Positions 1-10,035 of a stretch of 29,266 nt of DNA are shown one piece after another. This stretch comes from Eledone cirrhosa. Taxonomy: Eukaryota. The DNA is taken from NCBI GenBank assembly GCA_964016885.1, contig CAXHJY010001409.1, forward strand, positions 1-29,266, given 5' to 3'. The translations under genes and the position numbers were made by a program. Within the stretch, counting starts at the first letter, position 1; every line of letters starts with the position of its first letter. The notes under the pieces were generated by a model, which worked only from the letters and a program-made list of their open reading frames with translations, did no database searches and was not told where the DNA came from.

Positions 1-82
1 ATATGGCAGCGATAATGAGGGACAGAGACCGCTGGAGAGAACTCGTCCATGGATCTCGGGAATTTTACCCGCCTTAGAGAGA
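1..82 (+). mobile_element. 3' end of an RTE-like LINE, cut by the window edge
   Basis: 3..77 reads MAAIMRDRDRWRELVHGSREFYPP*, containing the DRxxWR motif typical of RTE ORF C-termini; runs directly into GA/TA repeats. Confidence 0.6.
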
Positions 83-138
83 TATATATATAATATATAT
101 ATATATATATAATATATATATATATATATAATATATAT

Positions 139-205
<67 letters not shown>

Positions 206-370
206 TATATAATATATATATATATATAATATATATATAATATTATATATATATATATATAATATTATATATATATATATAATATTATATATATAATATT
301 ATATATATAATATAATATATATATATATATATATATAATATAATATATATATATAATATATATATATATA
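83..370. repeat. (TA)n microsatellite
   Basis: Direct reading. Confidence 0.98.
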
Positions 371-1232
371 TCATCATCATCATCATCATCACCGTTTTAC
401 GTCCGTTCTTCCACGCTAGCATGGGTTAGACGGGTTGTCCTGTTGTGGGCAGTGTCTGGTCGGCTGACCATGCCTTGCTCATACAGGAACTGATCTGGCT
501 TGATTTCTACAGCTGGATGCCCTTCCTAACACCAACCTCATTTACAGTGAGTGCTGGGTGCTTTTTCGTGGCGCTTACACGTCCACTTTACAGTGTGGGC
601 TGGGTGCTTTTTTTGCCGTGGCACCTCCACGACCACCTTGCGGTGGGGGGGGGGCATATTGTTTATATGCTTCAGCATGTACCCATGGGAGGTCGGGTAC
701 CCTGTATTACTGCGTGACGCCAGAAGTCACGGTCGTGTGTCATTGACTTTGAGAGGTGTAGTTGGGTAAGGTCGGCTTTTATCACCTCATCCCAAGTCAT
801 CTTGGGTCTCCCCACTCCGCGGTTTCCATCAACTTCTAGTGCTCTGCACCTTTTTATGCAGCTGTCATCCTTCATACGCATCACATGTCCATACCAGCGT
901 AACCGCCTCTCCTGCACGCAGCATTTGATTCCTCTTATGCTCAGTCTCTCTCTCAATTCATTTATGCTTTGTCGTTCACGTATATTACTGTTACACATCC
1001 ATCGGAGCATGCAGGCTTCGTTTCTCTCTAATCTACGTAAGTCTTCCACCTTCAGCGCCCAGGTCTCACTACCATGCAACATCGCTGTTCGGATACACGC
1101 ATCATACAGTCTGCCTTTCATTCTGAGGGAGAAGCCTTTTGCAGCTAGCAGTGGTAGTAGTTCCCTAAACTTCTTCCATCCCGTTCTTACCCTAGTTATT
1201 GTACTTTCTGAGCACCCACCTCCATTGCTAAT
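371..1232 (-). mobile_element. RTE-clade LINE, 5'-truncated (copy 1): post-RT C-terminal ORF segment, 3' UTR and (ATG)n tail
   Basis: ORF 672..1121 has RTE motifs (LHGSETW, RLRWYGHVMR, GRPKMTW, DRDFWR); the frame extends to ~1232 (ISNGGGCSESTITRVRTGWKKFRELLPLL); (CAT)n at 371-392 is the minus-strand tail. Confidence 0.92.
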
Positions 1233-2493
1233 TATAATATATATAATATATATATAATATATAATATATATAATATATATATAATTTATATAATATATAT
1301 AATATATATATAATATATATAATATATAATATATAATATATATAATATATAATATATATATAATATATATTATATATATATAATATATATATAATATATA
1401 ATATATATTATATATATATAATATATATATAATATATAATATATATAATATATATATAATATATAATATATATTATATATATATAATATATATATAATAT
1501 ATAATATATATATAATATATATCATATATAATATATATATAATATATATATAATATATATCATATATAATATATATAATATATATATAATATAATATAAT
1601 ATATAATATATATATATATATATAATATAATATAATATATAATATATATATAATATAATATATATATAATATAATATAATATATAATATATATATAATAT
1701 AATATAATATATATATAATATAATATAATATATATATATATAATATAATATAATATATATATATATATATAATATAATATATATATATATATATATATAT
1801 AATATAATATAATATATATATATATATAATATAATATATATATATATATAATATAATATATATATATATATAATATAATATAATATATATATATATATAA
1901 TATAATATATATATATATATATAATATAATATATAATATATATATATAATATAATATATAATATATATATATAATATAATATATATACATATATATATAT
2001 AATATATAATATAATATATATATATAATATATATATATAATATAATATATATATATATAATATATATATATAATATAATATATAATATAATATATATACA
2101 TATATATATATAATATATAATATATATATATAATATAATATATATATATAATATATAATATAATATATATACATATATATATATAATATATAATATAATA
2201 TATATACATATATATATATAATATATATATATATATATAATATAATATATATATATATAATATATAATATATAATATATAATATAATATATATGCAAAAG
2301 TTTTATTTAAGATTGTTGGGTTACGAGTAAATATTTTATAACTGATATAAAAGCACTCAACAATTTCTGGATTATATCGTAATATAATATATAATATATA
2401 ATATATAATATATAATATAATATATATATATAATATAATATAATATATATATATATATATAATATAATATATAATATAATATATATATATATA
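1233..2493. repeat. (TA)n/(TAATA)n microsatellite with a short unique island at 2294-2380
   Basis: Direct reading. Confidence 0.97.
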
Positions 2494-3167
2494 TCATCAT
2501 CATCAACGTTTAACGTCCGTGTTCAACGCTTGCATGGGTTTGGACGGGGGTTTTCCCACTTAAGGCAAGAGTGATTGTCTTGCTCGCATAGGACTGTCTG
2601 GCAGGTTTTCTACAGCTGGATGCCCTTCCTAACACCAACCACATTTACAGTGTGGGGCTGGGAGGTTTTTACTGTGTTGCCTACACGGCCACATTACAGC
2701 GTGGACTGTGTGTTTTTTTGTCGTGACACCTACACGATCTCATTTGTTTTGGCCTGGATGGCGAGGCACCAACATAACTTTACATAGAAAGGGGTGGTGT
2801 GGATGGGGTGGGGGTGGTGGGACGGGGGTGTATTTTGTTAGAGATGTAGTAGGTTTTACTTTGTATTTAGGTAAGGCGGGTCTTCTCTATTACTGAGTAC
2901 CGCCAAAAGTCTCGGTCCAGTGACATTGTCTTGGAGAGGTGTAAGTGTGTGAGGTCGGAATTTATCAGCTCGTCCCAGGTTTTTCTGGGTCTGCCTACTC
3001 CATGGCTACCGTCTATCTTTATTGCCCTGTACTTTGTTATACAGCTGTCGTCTTTCATGCGCATCACGTGACCATACCAACGTAGCCTTCTCTCGAGTAA
3101 ACAACATCTGATCCCTCTTATTTCTAATTGTTTCCTTAGTTCGTTTATGCTTTGCCGTTGTTCACGT
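2494..3167 (-). mobile_element. RTE-clade LINE, 5'-truncated (copy 2, related subfamily)
   Basis: ORF 2867..3193 aligns by eye to copy 1 (REQRQSINELR...RLRWYGHVMRMKDDSCI...GRPRKTW...DRDFWR); same 3' UTR motif ctacagctggatgcccttcctaacaccaacc; (CAT)n tail. Confidence 0.92.
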
Positions 3168-3740
3168 GATAGCGAAATTTCATTTATAACCAATCAAATC
3201 ACGTTTATTAAAAAAAACCCTTTGTGAGCCACCTTTTTTTTTAAGTAAAAAGAAATTCACGCCCACGCACACGCGCAAACACACACAAGCACACAAATAA
3301 ACATACATATCTTTACTTTCTTTATTCAATAGAAAATCTGAATTCTGACACCCCAGCGAACTAACCATATTCACTGAACCAGAACAATTCTCCCATCCCA
3401 TTTCTCTTGACCATTATCTTTTACTTATCATAAAATTCTCTAAAAAGGCTACAGAATGGATTTCCAAATAAGGGCGCGGAAATTTAATGAAAACTTGTTC
3501 ACGTGACAGCCATAATTTCCTTTATAACCAATCCAAAAAAAAAAGCCTACGTGAGCCCCCTTTTTTCAAGTAAAAAGAAATTCAAACACTCATATATGAA
3601 AAAACAACCTGTGACCCCCCCCCCCTCCTCTTATTTGAAGAAATATTGTAACGCGAACTGGCGCAAAATTTATTATAATTATTGACCAACCAATCAAATT
3701 ACTTCTCGAAAAACCTGGCATTTCGAGCCACTTTTTCCAT
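3158..3740. repeat. Imperfect ~100-bp direct repeat (3158-3262 and 3495-3590) plus a partial third copy (~3685-3737), probably within an unclassified TE
   Basis: Shared ttgttcacgtga..tttataaccaatc..gtgagcc..aagtaaaaagaaattca in both main copies. Confidence 0.7.
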
Positions 3741-3915
3741 ATAAAACAAGTAACATTCAGAGACCAACCAGATGTGAGAAAAACCACAGACCCTCCATCT
3801 CAACTCTACTTTTGAAAAGCAGAAGAACTGCGAAACCGGTAAAGGAACCAAATAAATATATATATTTAAAAAAAAAATAAGACTCCAGTTGCATTTTCGA
3901 TTTCATCTTTTTCTT

Positions 3916-4054
3916 TATAATATAATATATATATATATATATATAAAATATATATAATATAATATATATATATATATAAAATATATATATATATAATATA
4001 TATAATATATATATATATATATCAAATATATAATATATATATAATATATATAAT

Positions 4055-4130
<76 letters not shown>
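3916..4130. repeat. (TA)n microsatellite
   Basis: Direct reading. Confidence 0.97.
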
Positions 4131-4134
<4 letters not shown>

Positions 4135-4232
4135 ATAATAATAAATTTGAAGACTAAAATCCAAAGAGGGCTCGATAAGGATAAATATATATCAAATATA
4201 TAAGAACCGTAGAGCAAATATTTATTAAAATA

Positions 4233-4308
4233 ACAGATTAAAGTTTAAGCAAAGGATCGCTGCTTTCACCCTTAACGGGATCTTCTGAAACTAACAAAGT
4301 CAATCTGT
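4233..4308 (-). ncRNA. Type I hammerhead ribozyme motif with variant core (CAGAAGA...GAAA...CUU)
   Basis: Minus strand: ACAGATTGA-CTTTGTT-AGTTT-CAGAAGA-T-CCC-GTTAA-GGG-T-GAAA-GCA-GCGATCCTT-TGC-TT-AAACT-TTAATCTGT; stems I, II and III all pair; location matches the known association of hammerheads with Penelope-like terminal repeats. Confidence 0.8.
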
Positions 4309-4477
4309 AAACGCAGAACTGGATATTTCAAAAAACATTGCAACCGGAGGAAGACAGGAAGACGATACTTTGGTTCGTGGAAATGTTCGCTATGCAAATA
4401 AGTAAAGGTATAAACAAAACATATACTTAGCTCCCACATCGAGACGTAAAATATCCACGTATAGATCGTATTATCCG

Positions 4478-5627
4478 TTAGGGTATAACGTGGGGCTGTA
4501 ATACGGGAAAGTTTTGTGCAATTTATGTTTACAAGCCGAACTTGCCTCAGATTTTTCGTTTAAGATGTGGTCAGTGGCGTAGAGTATTTCCAGGGCCTCA
4601 GCGGCGCAGAGTCACGTAGTGTTTTATTTCCGTTATACGATCTAGCCCTAGCTAGGATCTCCCAGTGTAACTTATATTGGGTGTGGTTGTCTTTTAGACT
4701 CCAGATATAAGCTGAAAGTGACGTCATATTCCTTCTTAGAGGGTAACGAAAAGAATGGGTATGCATGTAAAGACGCTGCTTGAATCTATTGGCGGTTAAC
4801 CCGATGTAGGCCCTACGGGACATGGGTGTTACAACCTTACATTTGTAGACAATGTTACTAGAGAGGCATTTCCCGGATAGGGGGCAATCGACCCGATTCC
4901 TAAAATTACAGTTAGTACTAACTACAGGGTTGCACGTGTTCCTACGGCTAGGTAGTTTAACTAAATTTGAAGCTGTGATGTTATGTGCAAGGTTAAGAGT
5001 CGTAGAGTAAGAAATTTTAATAGTATTTCTATTAAAAATTTTACTATATTTATGTGTAGGGGGAAAATGCACCGTAATAAGGGAAAGAAAGATCTTAGCT
5101 AATGGTGTGGCCACCTCCATATTATATGGTGGATTATACCAACAAATGCGACGGGATCTATTTCTTCTAGGTCTATTTTCGTACTCTGTATATGCTACCT
5201 TATCGACAAATCCACTACGAGCAAGAGCTTCATTGTAATATGTGGAATGGTCGTTGAAAATACGCTCGTTGGTGGAAAGACGGGAAAGCCTCAACGAAAC
5301 GTTTCTTACCAGGTTCTTGGTTATGCTGGCAGGATGGTTGGAATGCTTACTTATGTAATTAAGCGTATCATTCGGCTTTCGATACGGGTAATACAACCCA
5401 TTCAATAAGTTGAGGGTAACGTCGAGGTAATTAACGACCGAGAGATTGGCCTCAACCTGTATAGAGAGGTTGAAGCCTTTAAAGAAGGCTGTGAGTTCTT
5501 TTCTGAACCTGTCGCAAGCACGAGGTCCACACTTAGTCATGGTCAAAAGACCATCATCACGGTACAAACCACCGCCCGCGTTGGGGAATTCATCCTTGAT
5601 AGAGAAAAGAAGGAAAAGGCCGATAAT
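4478..5627 (-). pseudogene. Truncated and frameshifted Penelope-like RT-GIY-YIG ORF
   Basis: ORF 4560..5567 extends upstream as IIGLFLLFSIKDEFPNAGGGLYRDD; near 4612 a frameshift moves the true C-terminus to another frame: LCAAEALEILYATDHILNEKSEASSACKHKLHKTFPVLQPHVIP* (stop 4478-4480). Confidence 0.85.
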
Positions 5628-5736
5628 ATATATATATAATATATATAATATATATAATAATATATAATATATATAATAATATATATATTATATATAATAT
5701 ATATTATATATAATATATATAATATATATATAATAT

Positions 5737-5769
<33 letters not shown>

Positions 5770-5778
5770 ATATAATAT
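5628..5778. repeat. (TA)n microsatellite
   Basis: Direct reading. Confidence 0.95.
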
Positions 5779-5840
5779 GACAATAGAGTGTGATTTGAAG
5801 GAGATATGGCTGCTGTTTCTAGAAAGTCAAATGACCATAC
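5779..5840 (+). repeat. Fragment of an unclassified dispersed repeat (other copies ~15800-15892 and ~19900-20035)
   Basis: Shared motif gagtgtgatttga(a/g)ggagat(a/t)tggctgct(g/a)tttcta in three places in the window. Confidence 0.6.
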
Positions 5841-6267
5841 AATTATCCCATTTTTGGCTTGAGCCTATATCTTAAACATCATATGCTCAATCAAGTAACT
5901 AACTTAGAAAGATTACCCTTCAGCTTCATTATTACTTTATATTTACACATTAAATCGTAACGAAGTGAGTAATAAATTTATTGAAAGTTCATTGAGAGAT
6001 CCTCTGTGGCATTATTGATAGATATCATTAAAGTCTTTAATTATGAAGGTGTTAACTGACTTTTATTGTATTACAGTCTATAAAGAGGTTTTAGTATTCA
6101 AATGAATGCTCCATGCTTGAAGCAGACTGACAGTGAATTAAATATGAAATCATGAAATCATTGCCAGACCATTTGGGAAACAGATGCACGTGCTAAATCT
6201 CTGTTTATTCTCCCACTCCTTACCTTTCTTCACACTCTCTCTTGTACTATATTTTGACGGAGAAACA

Positions 6268-6465
6268 TAATAATAATAATGAAATTACTGTGTACAGTGG
6301 CCAGGTGCACTACAACTCATCAAAGGTGCATGCATAGTAAATAGAATAATATACAAATGTCAGGGAAGTGAACGGTGTATGAGTCATGATATACATGTGT
6401 GTATGTGTACGGAGGGGGAATATTAGGTGTAGTGTTGGTGAATCTCAGGAAGTATGGAGGTAAAA
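6268..6465 (-). mobile_element. Probable 3' end of a CR1-like LINE with (TTA)n tail
   Basis: (AAT)n at 6268-6281; minus strand ends an ORF as FTSILPEIHQHYT* followed by a short UTR; clade assignment is from recollection only. Confidence 0.4.
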
Positions 6466-6874
6466 CACTCACTCACTCACTCACTCACTCACTCACTCAC
6501 TCACTCACTCACTCACTCACTCACTCACTCACTCACTCACTCACTCACTCACTCACTCACTCACTCACTCACTCACTCACTCACTCACTCACTCACTCAC
6601 TCACTCACTCACTCACTCACTCACTCACTCACTCACTCACTCACTCACTCACTCACTCACTCACTCACTCACTCACTCACTCACTCACTCACTCACTCAC
6701 TCACTCACTCACTCACTCACTCACTCACTCACTCACTCACTCACTCACTCACTCACTCACTCACTCACTCACTCACTCACTCACTCACTCACTCACTCAC
6801 TCACTCACTCACTCACTCACTCACTCACTCACTCACTCACTCACTCACTCACTCACTCACTCACTCACTCACTC
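6466..6874. repeat. Perfect (ACTC)n tetranucleotide microsatellite, ~102 units
   Basis: Direct reading; source of the THSL ORFs. Confidence 0.98.
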
Positions 6875-7082
6875 TACCTTGAAGTCTCAATTAACAGAAT
6901 ATGTACAATATAGGTGTGTATGTGTCGGTGTGTGGATTTGAACCCACAGACAGGCATGGTTCTGCTCAAGAAGTTTGCTTAGCAACCACATGGTTGAGTG
7001 TTATCTATTATAGTCATGAGCCTGCCAATGCCTTGAGAGAATTTCGTATATATATAGACACATACACATATATACATCTACA

Positions 7083-7603
7083 CATCATCATCGTTTAACG
7101 TCCATCTTCCACGCAAGCATGGGTTAGATGGGAGTTGTTCCACTTGAGGCGAGATTGTTTCGTTCGTATAGGGCTGTCTGGCGGGTTTTCTACGGCTGGA
7201 TGCCCTTCCTAACACCAACCACGTTTACAGTGTGGACTGGGAGGTTTTTACCGTGTTACCTACACGGCCACATTACAGCGTGGACTGTGTGTTTTTTTGT
7301 CGTGACACCTACACGACCTCATTTATTTAGGACTGGATGTTGTGGTACCAACATAACTTTACAGAGAAAGGGTGGTGTTGGTGGGAGTTGGGGTAGTGGG
7401 ATGGGGGTGTATATTTGATTAAGAGGTGCCTACTGACTGTAGGTTTTGCTATGTACTTAGGCAAGGCGGGTCTTCTGTATTACTGCATGGCACCAAAGAT
7501 CTCGGTCCAGTGACATTGTCTTAGAGAGGTGCAAGTGTGTAAGGTCGGAATTTATCAAATCGTCCCAGTCTTTTCTGGGTCTGCCTACTCCGTAACTTCC
7601 ATC
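7083..7603 (-). mobile_element. RTE-clade LINE, 5'-truncated (copy 3, closest to copy 2)
   Basis: ORF 7457..7642 end DGSYGVGRPRKDWDDLINSDLTHLHLSKTMSLDRDLW matches copy 2; same 3' UTR and (CAT)n tail. Confidence 0.9.
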
Positions 7604-7809
7604 ACACGCACGCACGAAAAGAAAGTCAACATGAGAGAACAATTGAATGCAATGAGGTCATATATTAGTTTAATGCTTGATATAGTAGGAAAGGATGTTA
7701 TATAATGCATTGTGTATGTGTGTGTGTATGTGTCTGTACATGTGTGTGTGTGTCTTCAAACTGATAATGCTTATAGCAATCTAACATTTGTTTCTATCCC
7801 ATACCAACA

Positions 7810-7930
7810 GTGGTTTGATGCAAAGTGTTGCCATCAGAAGTCCATCTGGTTGTAGAAAGATACCTTAAAATCTTGTCCAACCCATGCCAGCATGGACAAG
7901 TATAGATGTTTAGATAATGATGAAGATGAG
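7810..7930 (+). mobile_element. Decayed RTE-type 3' tail (LINE or SINE), plus strand
   Basis: catctggttgtagaaa...gtccaacccatgccagcatgga...gatgatgaagatg is the reverse complement of the 3' UTR/tail of copies 1-3. Confidence 0.65.
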
Positions 7931-8030
7931 GTATAAATTTATAAATAACAACAAATACATCAGTGGTCACTGACCAGTGGTCTGCAGGAAAATTTGGATA
8001 TCATTTGCAATTTTTATGTTTTATTAATAA

Positions 8031-8691
8031 CTAGCAGTAAAGGCCGGCCTTTGCTCGGGGTCGCTCAGTAGCTGTGTTAAAGTTACAATGTTAAGTTTCT
8101 TTTTTGGCTTAAAGTCTGTCTGCACGACTGTCTGTCTGCAGGCCTAACGAAATTTACAGATACATATATTTTAAATAAACTTATATAATTTTTGCTTTTT
8201 TTTACGAAATATTTGCTTGTTTTACGTAGTCTTTAAATAGACTTGTTTTCAAGTAAAAATATTGTTTTAAAAGGCTTTTAAATGGAAATGAAGCAAAACG
8301 GAAGCTTAGTGTTCGAACTGATGAATTTTGCAGGTCAAAATTTTGCTGGCTCGACAACTGTTCGTGTATTGTGTTAATGTCATTTTAAACGCTGAGAAAG
8401 CCAGCGTAATTTTTTTAATTTTTGCACGCAGAAAATGTAAACAGAACGTAAGACGCTCAATGTAAACAGAACAAAGGGAAATAACTCGTCACTTACGCTC
8501 AAAAATCGATACATTAGATTCGATTTCGTCACATAGGGTGGGTCAATTTGAAATATTTATTTTCCGATGTCTTCGCTAGGGCTCAATGTACAAGTATAGC
8601 AATTTCGGTGCAATTCCGTCAGAGATTCTAAGAGGAGATGTGTGCCAAAAATCGATAGACAGACAGACAACCACAGCTTTATATATATAGA
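8031..8691 (-). mobile_element. Non-autonomous Helitron
   Basis: Minus strand begins TCTATATATATAAAG, has (CTGT)n near the 5' end, ends CTAG with subterminal palindrome AAAGGCCGGCCTTT; inserted between A and T with no duplication; removal restores aataa|ttgttt as in the SINE tail at ~14868. Confidence 0.85.
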
Positions 8692-8872
8692 TTGTTTCTA
8701 CTTTTGGCACAAGGCCAGCAATTACCCAGTGCATTACTGGTACTTTATTTTATCGACTCCGTAAGGATGAAAGGCAAAGTTAACTTCGGTTGGATTTGAA
8801 CTCAGACTGTAAAGGGACGATACTATGCTGGAAAGCATGGCGTCCAACTCTCTACTGATACTGCCAATCCAC
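8692..8872 (-). mobile_element. tRNA-derived SINE, family M (Meta-domain-like centre)
   Basis: Minus strand: A-box-like TGGCAGTATCAG, B-box GAGTTCAAATCC, then GCCTTTCATCCTTACGGAGTCGATAAAATAAAGTACCAG; several more copies in the window. Confidence 0.75.
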
Positions 8873-9058
8873 CAAATAAAACAAAAATATTTTGTTAAAA
8901 TATATTTTATAACCCCCCATAAAAAATGTTTTAATAGGTACATTTCATATTAATAAAATGGAAGTTCTCTGATCTTTATTTTACAAATGTATTTATCTTT
9001 TTAAAAAAATTCATAGTAGTGGTCCGTGAGGTGCGAAGGGTTGGCGACCACTGAAATA

Positions 9059-9159
9059 CAGGGTGTCCCCCAAAAATGTATAAACATTTCAACAGCATTC
9101 TAATAAATATTGCCTGTACAGGTAATCAAAGTGTGTATATATGTTTTGGGGACACCCTG
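9059..9159. mobile_element. Tc1/mariner-type MITE, 101 bp
   Basis: TIRs CAGGGTGTCCCC / GGGGACACCCTG flanked by TA on both sides (9057-9058, 9160-9161). Confidence 0.88.
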
Positions 9160-9259
9160 TATTTACTGAGAAGACTCAATGTAGTTGAGTCAAATTTATT
9201 TTACTTATTGGGTTCATGAGAAAACAATGGAATTCTGTTGATGATTGATCAATGTTCTA

Positions 9260-9530
9260 GTTGTTTGATCAATGGCAAAGCCTAATTGTGAAACTAATGT
9301 GCAAGTGGCTGGGCATTCTACAGATATGTACTATTAACGTAAGTTCTCAGGGAGGTTCAGTGTGTGAAAAAGCTCAGTTCTTTGGATTACAGGTGCAGTC
9401 TGTTTCCAAACAGGTTCCATCTACCCAATTTCAGTCACAAGGCTAACTTGAAGCTGTGTCACTTGCTCAAGATCCCATGTATTGGGATCAGACTTGGGAC
9501 TTAAACATTTGGTCATGCTACAATCACATT
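9260..9530 (-). mobile_element. Decayed tRNA-derived SINE, family C
   Basis: ttaacgtaagttctcagggaggttcag is the reverse complement of 10220-10244; tgtcacttgctcaaga matches the central domain. Confidence 0.55.
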
Positions 9531-9540
9531 TGGTAGCTCA

Positions 9541-9750
9541 AGGTGCATGGCCTTGTGGGTAAGCTGTTGAGCTTACAATCATAATGTCATGGATTTGATT
9601 CTTGGACCAGGCTGTGTTATGTTTTTGAGCAAAACACTTCATTTCACATTGCTCCAGTATATTCAGCTGATGGGGGTTTACGCTTGCAATAGACTGGCAT
9701 CATGTCCAAGGAAGAGTCTTATATTCTGTCATTTAATGCCAAGGAAACAA
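9541..9750 (+). mobile_element. tRNA-derived SINE (CORE-like centre, Deu/Nin-like 3' part)
   Basis: tRNA-like head (atggccttgtgggtaag...gatttgattc), ttgagcaaaacacttcatttcacattgctccagt shared with 10036-10290, 14075-14180 and 18215-18351. Confidence 0.65.
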
Positions 9751-9824
9751 CAAATATTCCTACACTTTACCCAGTGTACTGGGTTGTTTTGTAATACCAG
9801 TATTAGAGGTGTTGTTGTGTCCTT

Positions 9825-9890
9825 GACCTTCTACTGCTGGATGCACTTCCTTAATGCCAACCACTTTACAGAGCGTAATGGGTGCACTAG
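9825..9890 (-). mobile_element. RTE-type 3' UTR fragment
   Basis: ttctactgctggatgcacttccttaatgccaaccactttacaga matches the UTR of copies 1-3. Confidence 0.6.
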
Positions 9891-10035
9891 AGAGGATATC
9901 AATCATTGACTCAACTGGAGAGTTGGTGATGTCCCAAGACATGTTTAGGTGGAGTGAGGGGGAAGGAAGGACAATAGGTATGTCAAGGGTAAATAGTGGG
10001 GGGGGGGATGACAAATGTGATCATGAGTGTAGTGA

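Larger units (their letters stand above)
4131..5627 (-). mobile_element. Penelope-like retroelement (Naiad-like), 5'-truncated, embedded in (TA)n
   Basis: RT catalytic GLYRDDGL, YLDVTLNL, YRKP, WYNPP, C-x-[F]-x5-C-x5-C linker, GIY-YIG (NIVYKC...AYIGLT...FKQRL); 3' region carries a hammerhead fold. Confidence 0.92.
7961..9053. mobile_element. hAT-like non-autonomous element containing nested insertions
   Basis: Termini CAGTGGTCAC.. / ..GCGACCACTG; 8-bp flanks AAATACAT (7953-7960) and AAATACAG (9054-9061), 7/8 match, consistent with an hAT target site duplication. Confidence 0.7.

Noticed and set aside
802-1257. 151-aa plus-strand ORF and other ORFs over RTE UTRs (445-769, 2575-2896, 7128-7418, 17896-18309)
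   Set aside because: Antisense shadows of LINE/SINE sequence with no independent protein motif
1370-2297. Ile/Tyr-rich ORFs (also 3915-4217 and 28140-28676)
   Set aside because: Translations of (TA)n microsatellite
3820-3845. Second, minimal hammerhead on the + strand (CAGAAGA-ACTGC-GAAACCGGTA)
   Set aside because: The palindromic GAAACCGGTA is suggestive, but no stem II can form and the flanks give no stem I
4310-4477. SECIS element in the Naiad-like 3' UTR
   Set aside because: No ATGA on the sense strand and no in-frame TGA at a conserved Cys in the retained ORF
6399-6941. THSL-repeat ORFs or telomere-like repeat
   Set aside because: Translation of (ACTC)n; not TTAGGG-type
8318-8345. 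Hammerhead-like CTGATGA followed by hairpin ATTTTG-CAGGT-CAAAAT
   Set aside because: No GAAA after the stem and no stems I or III
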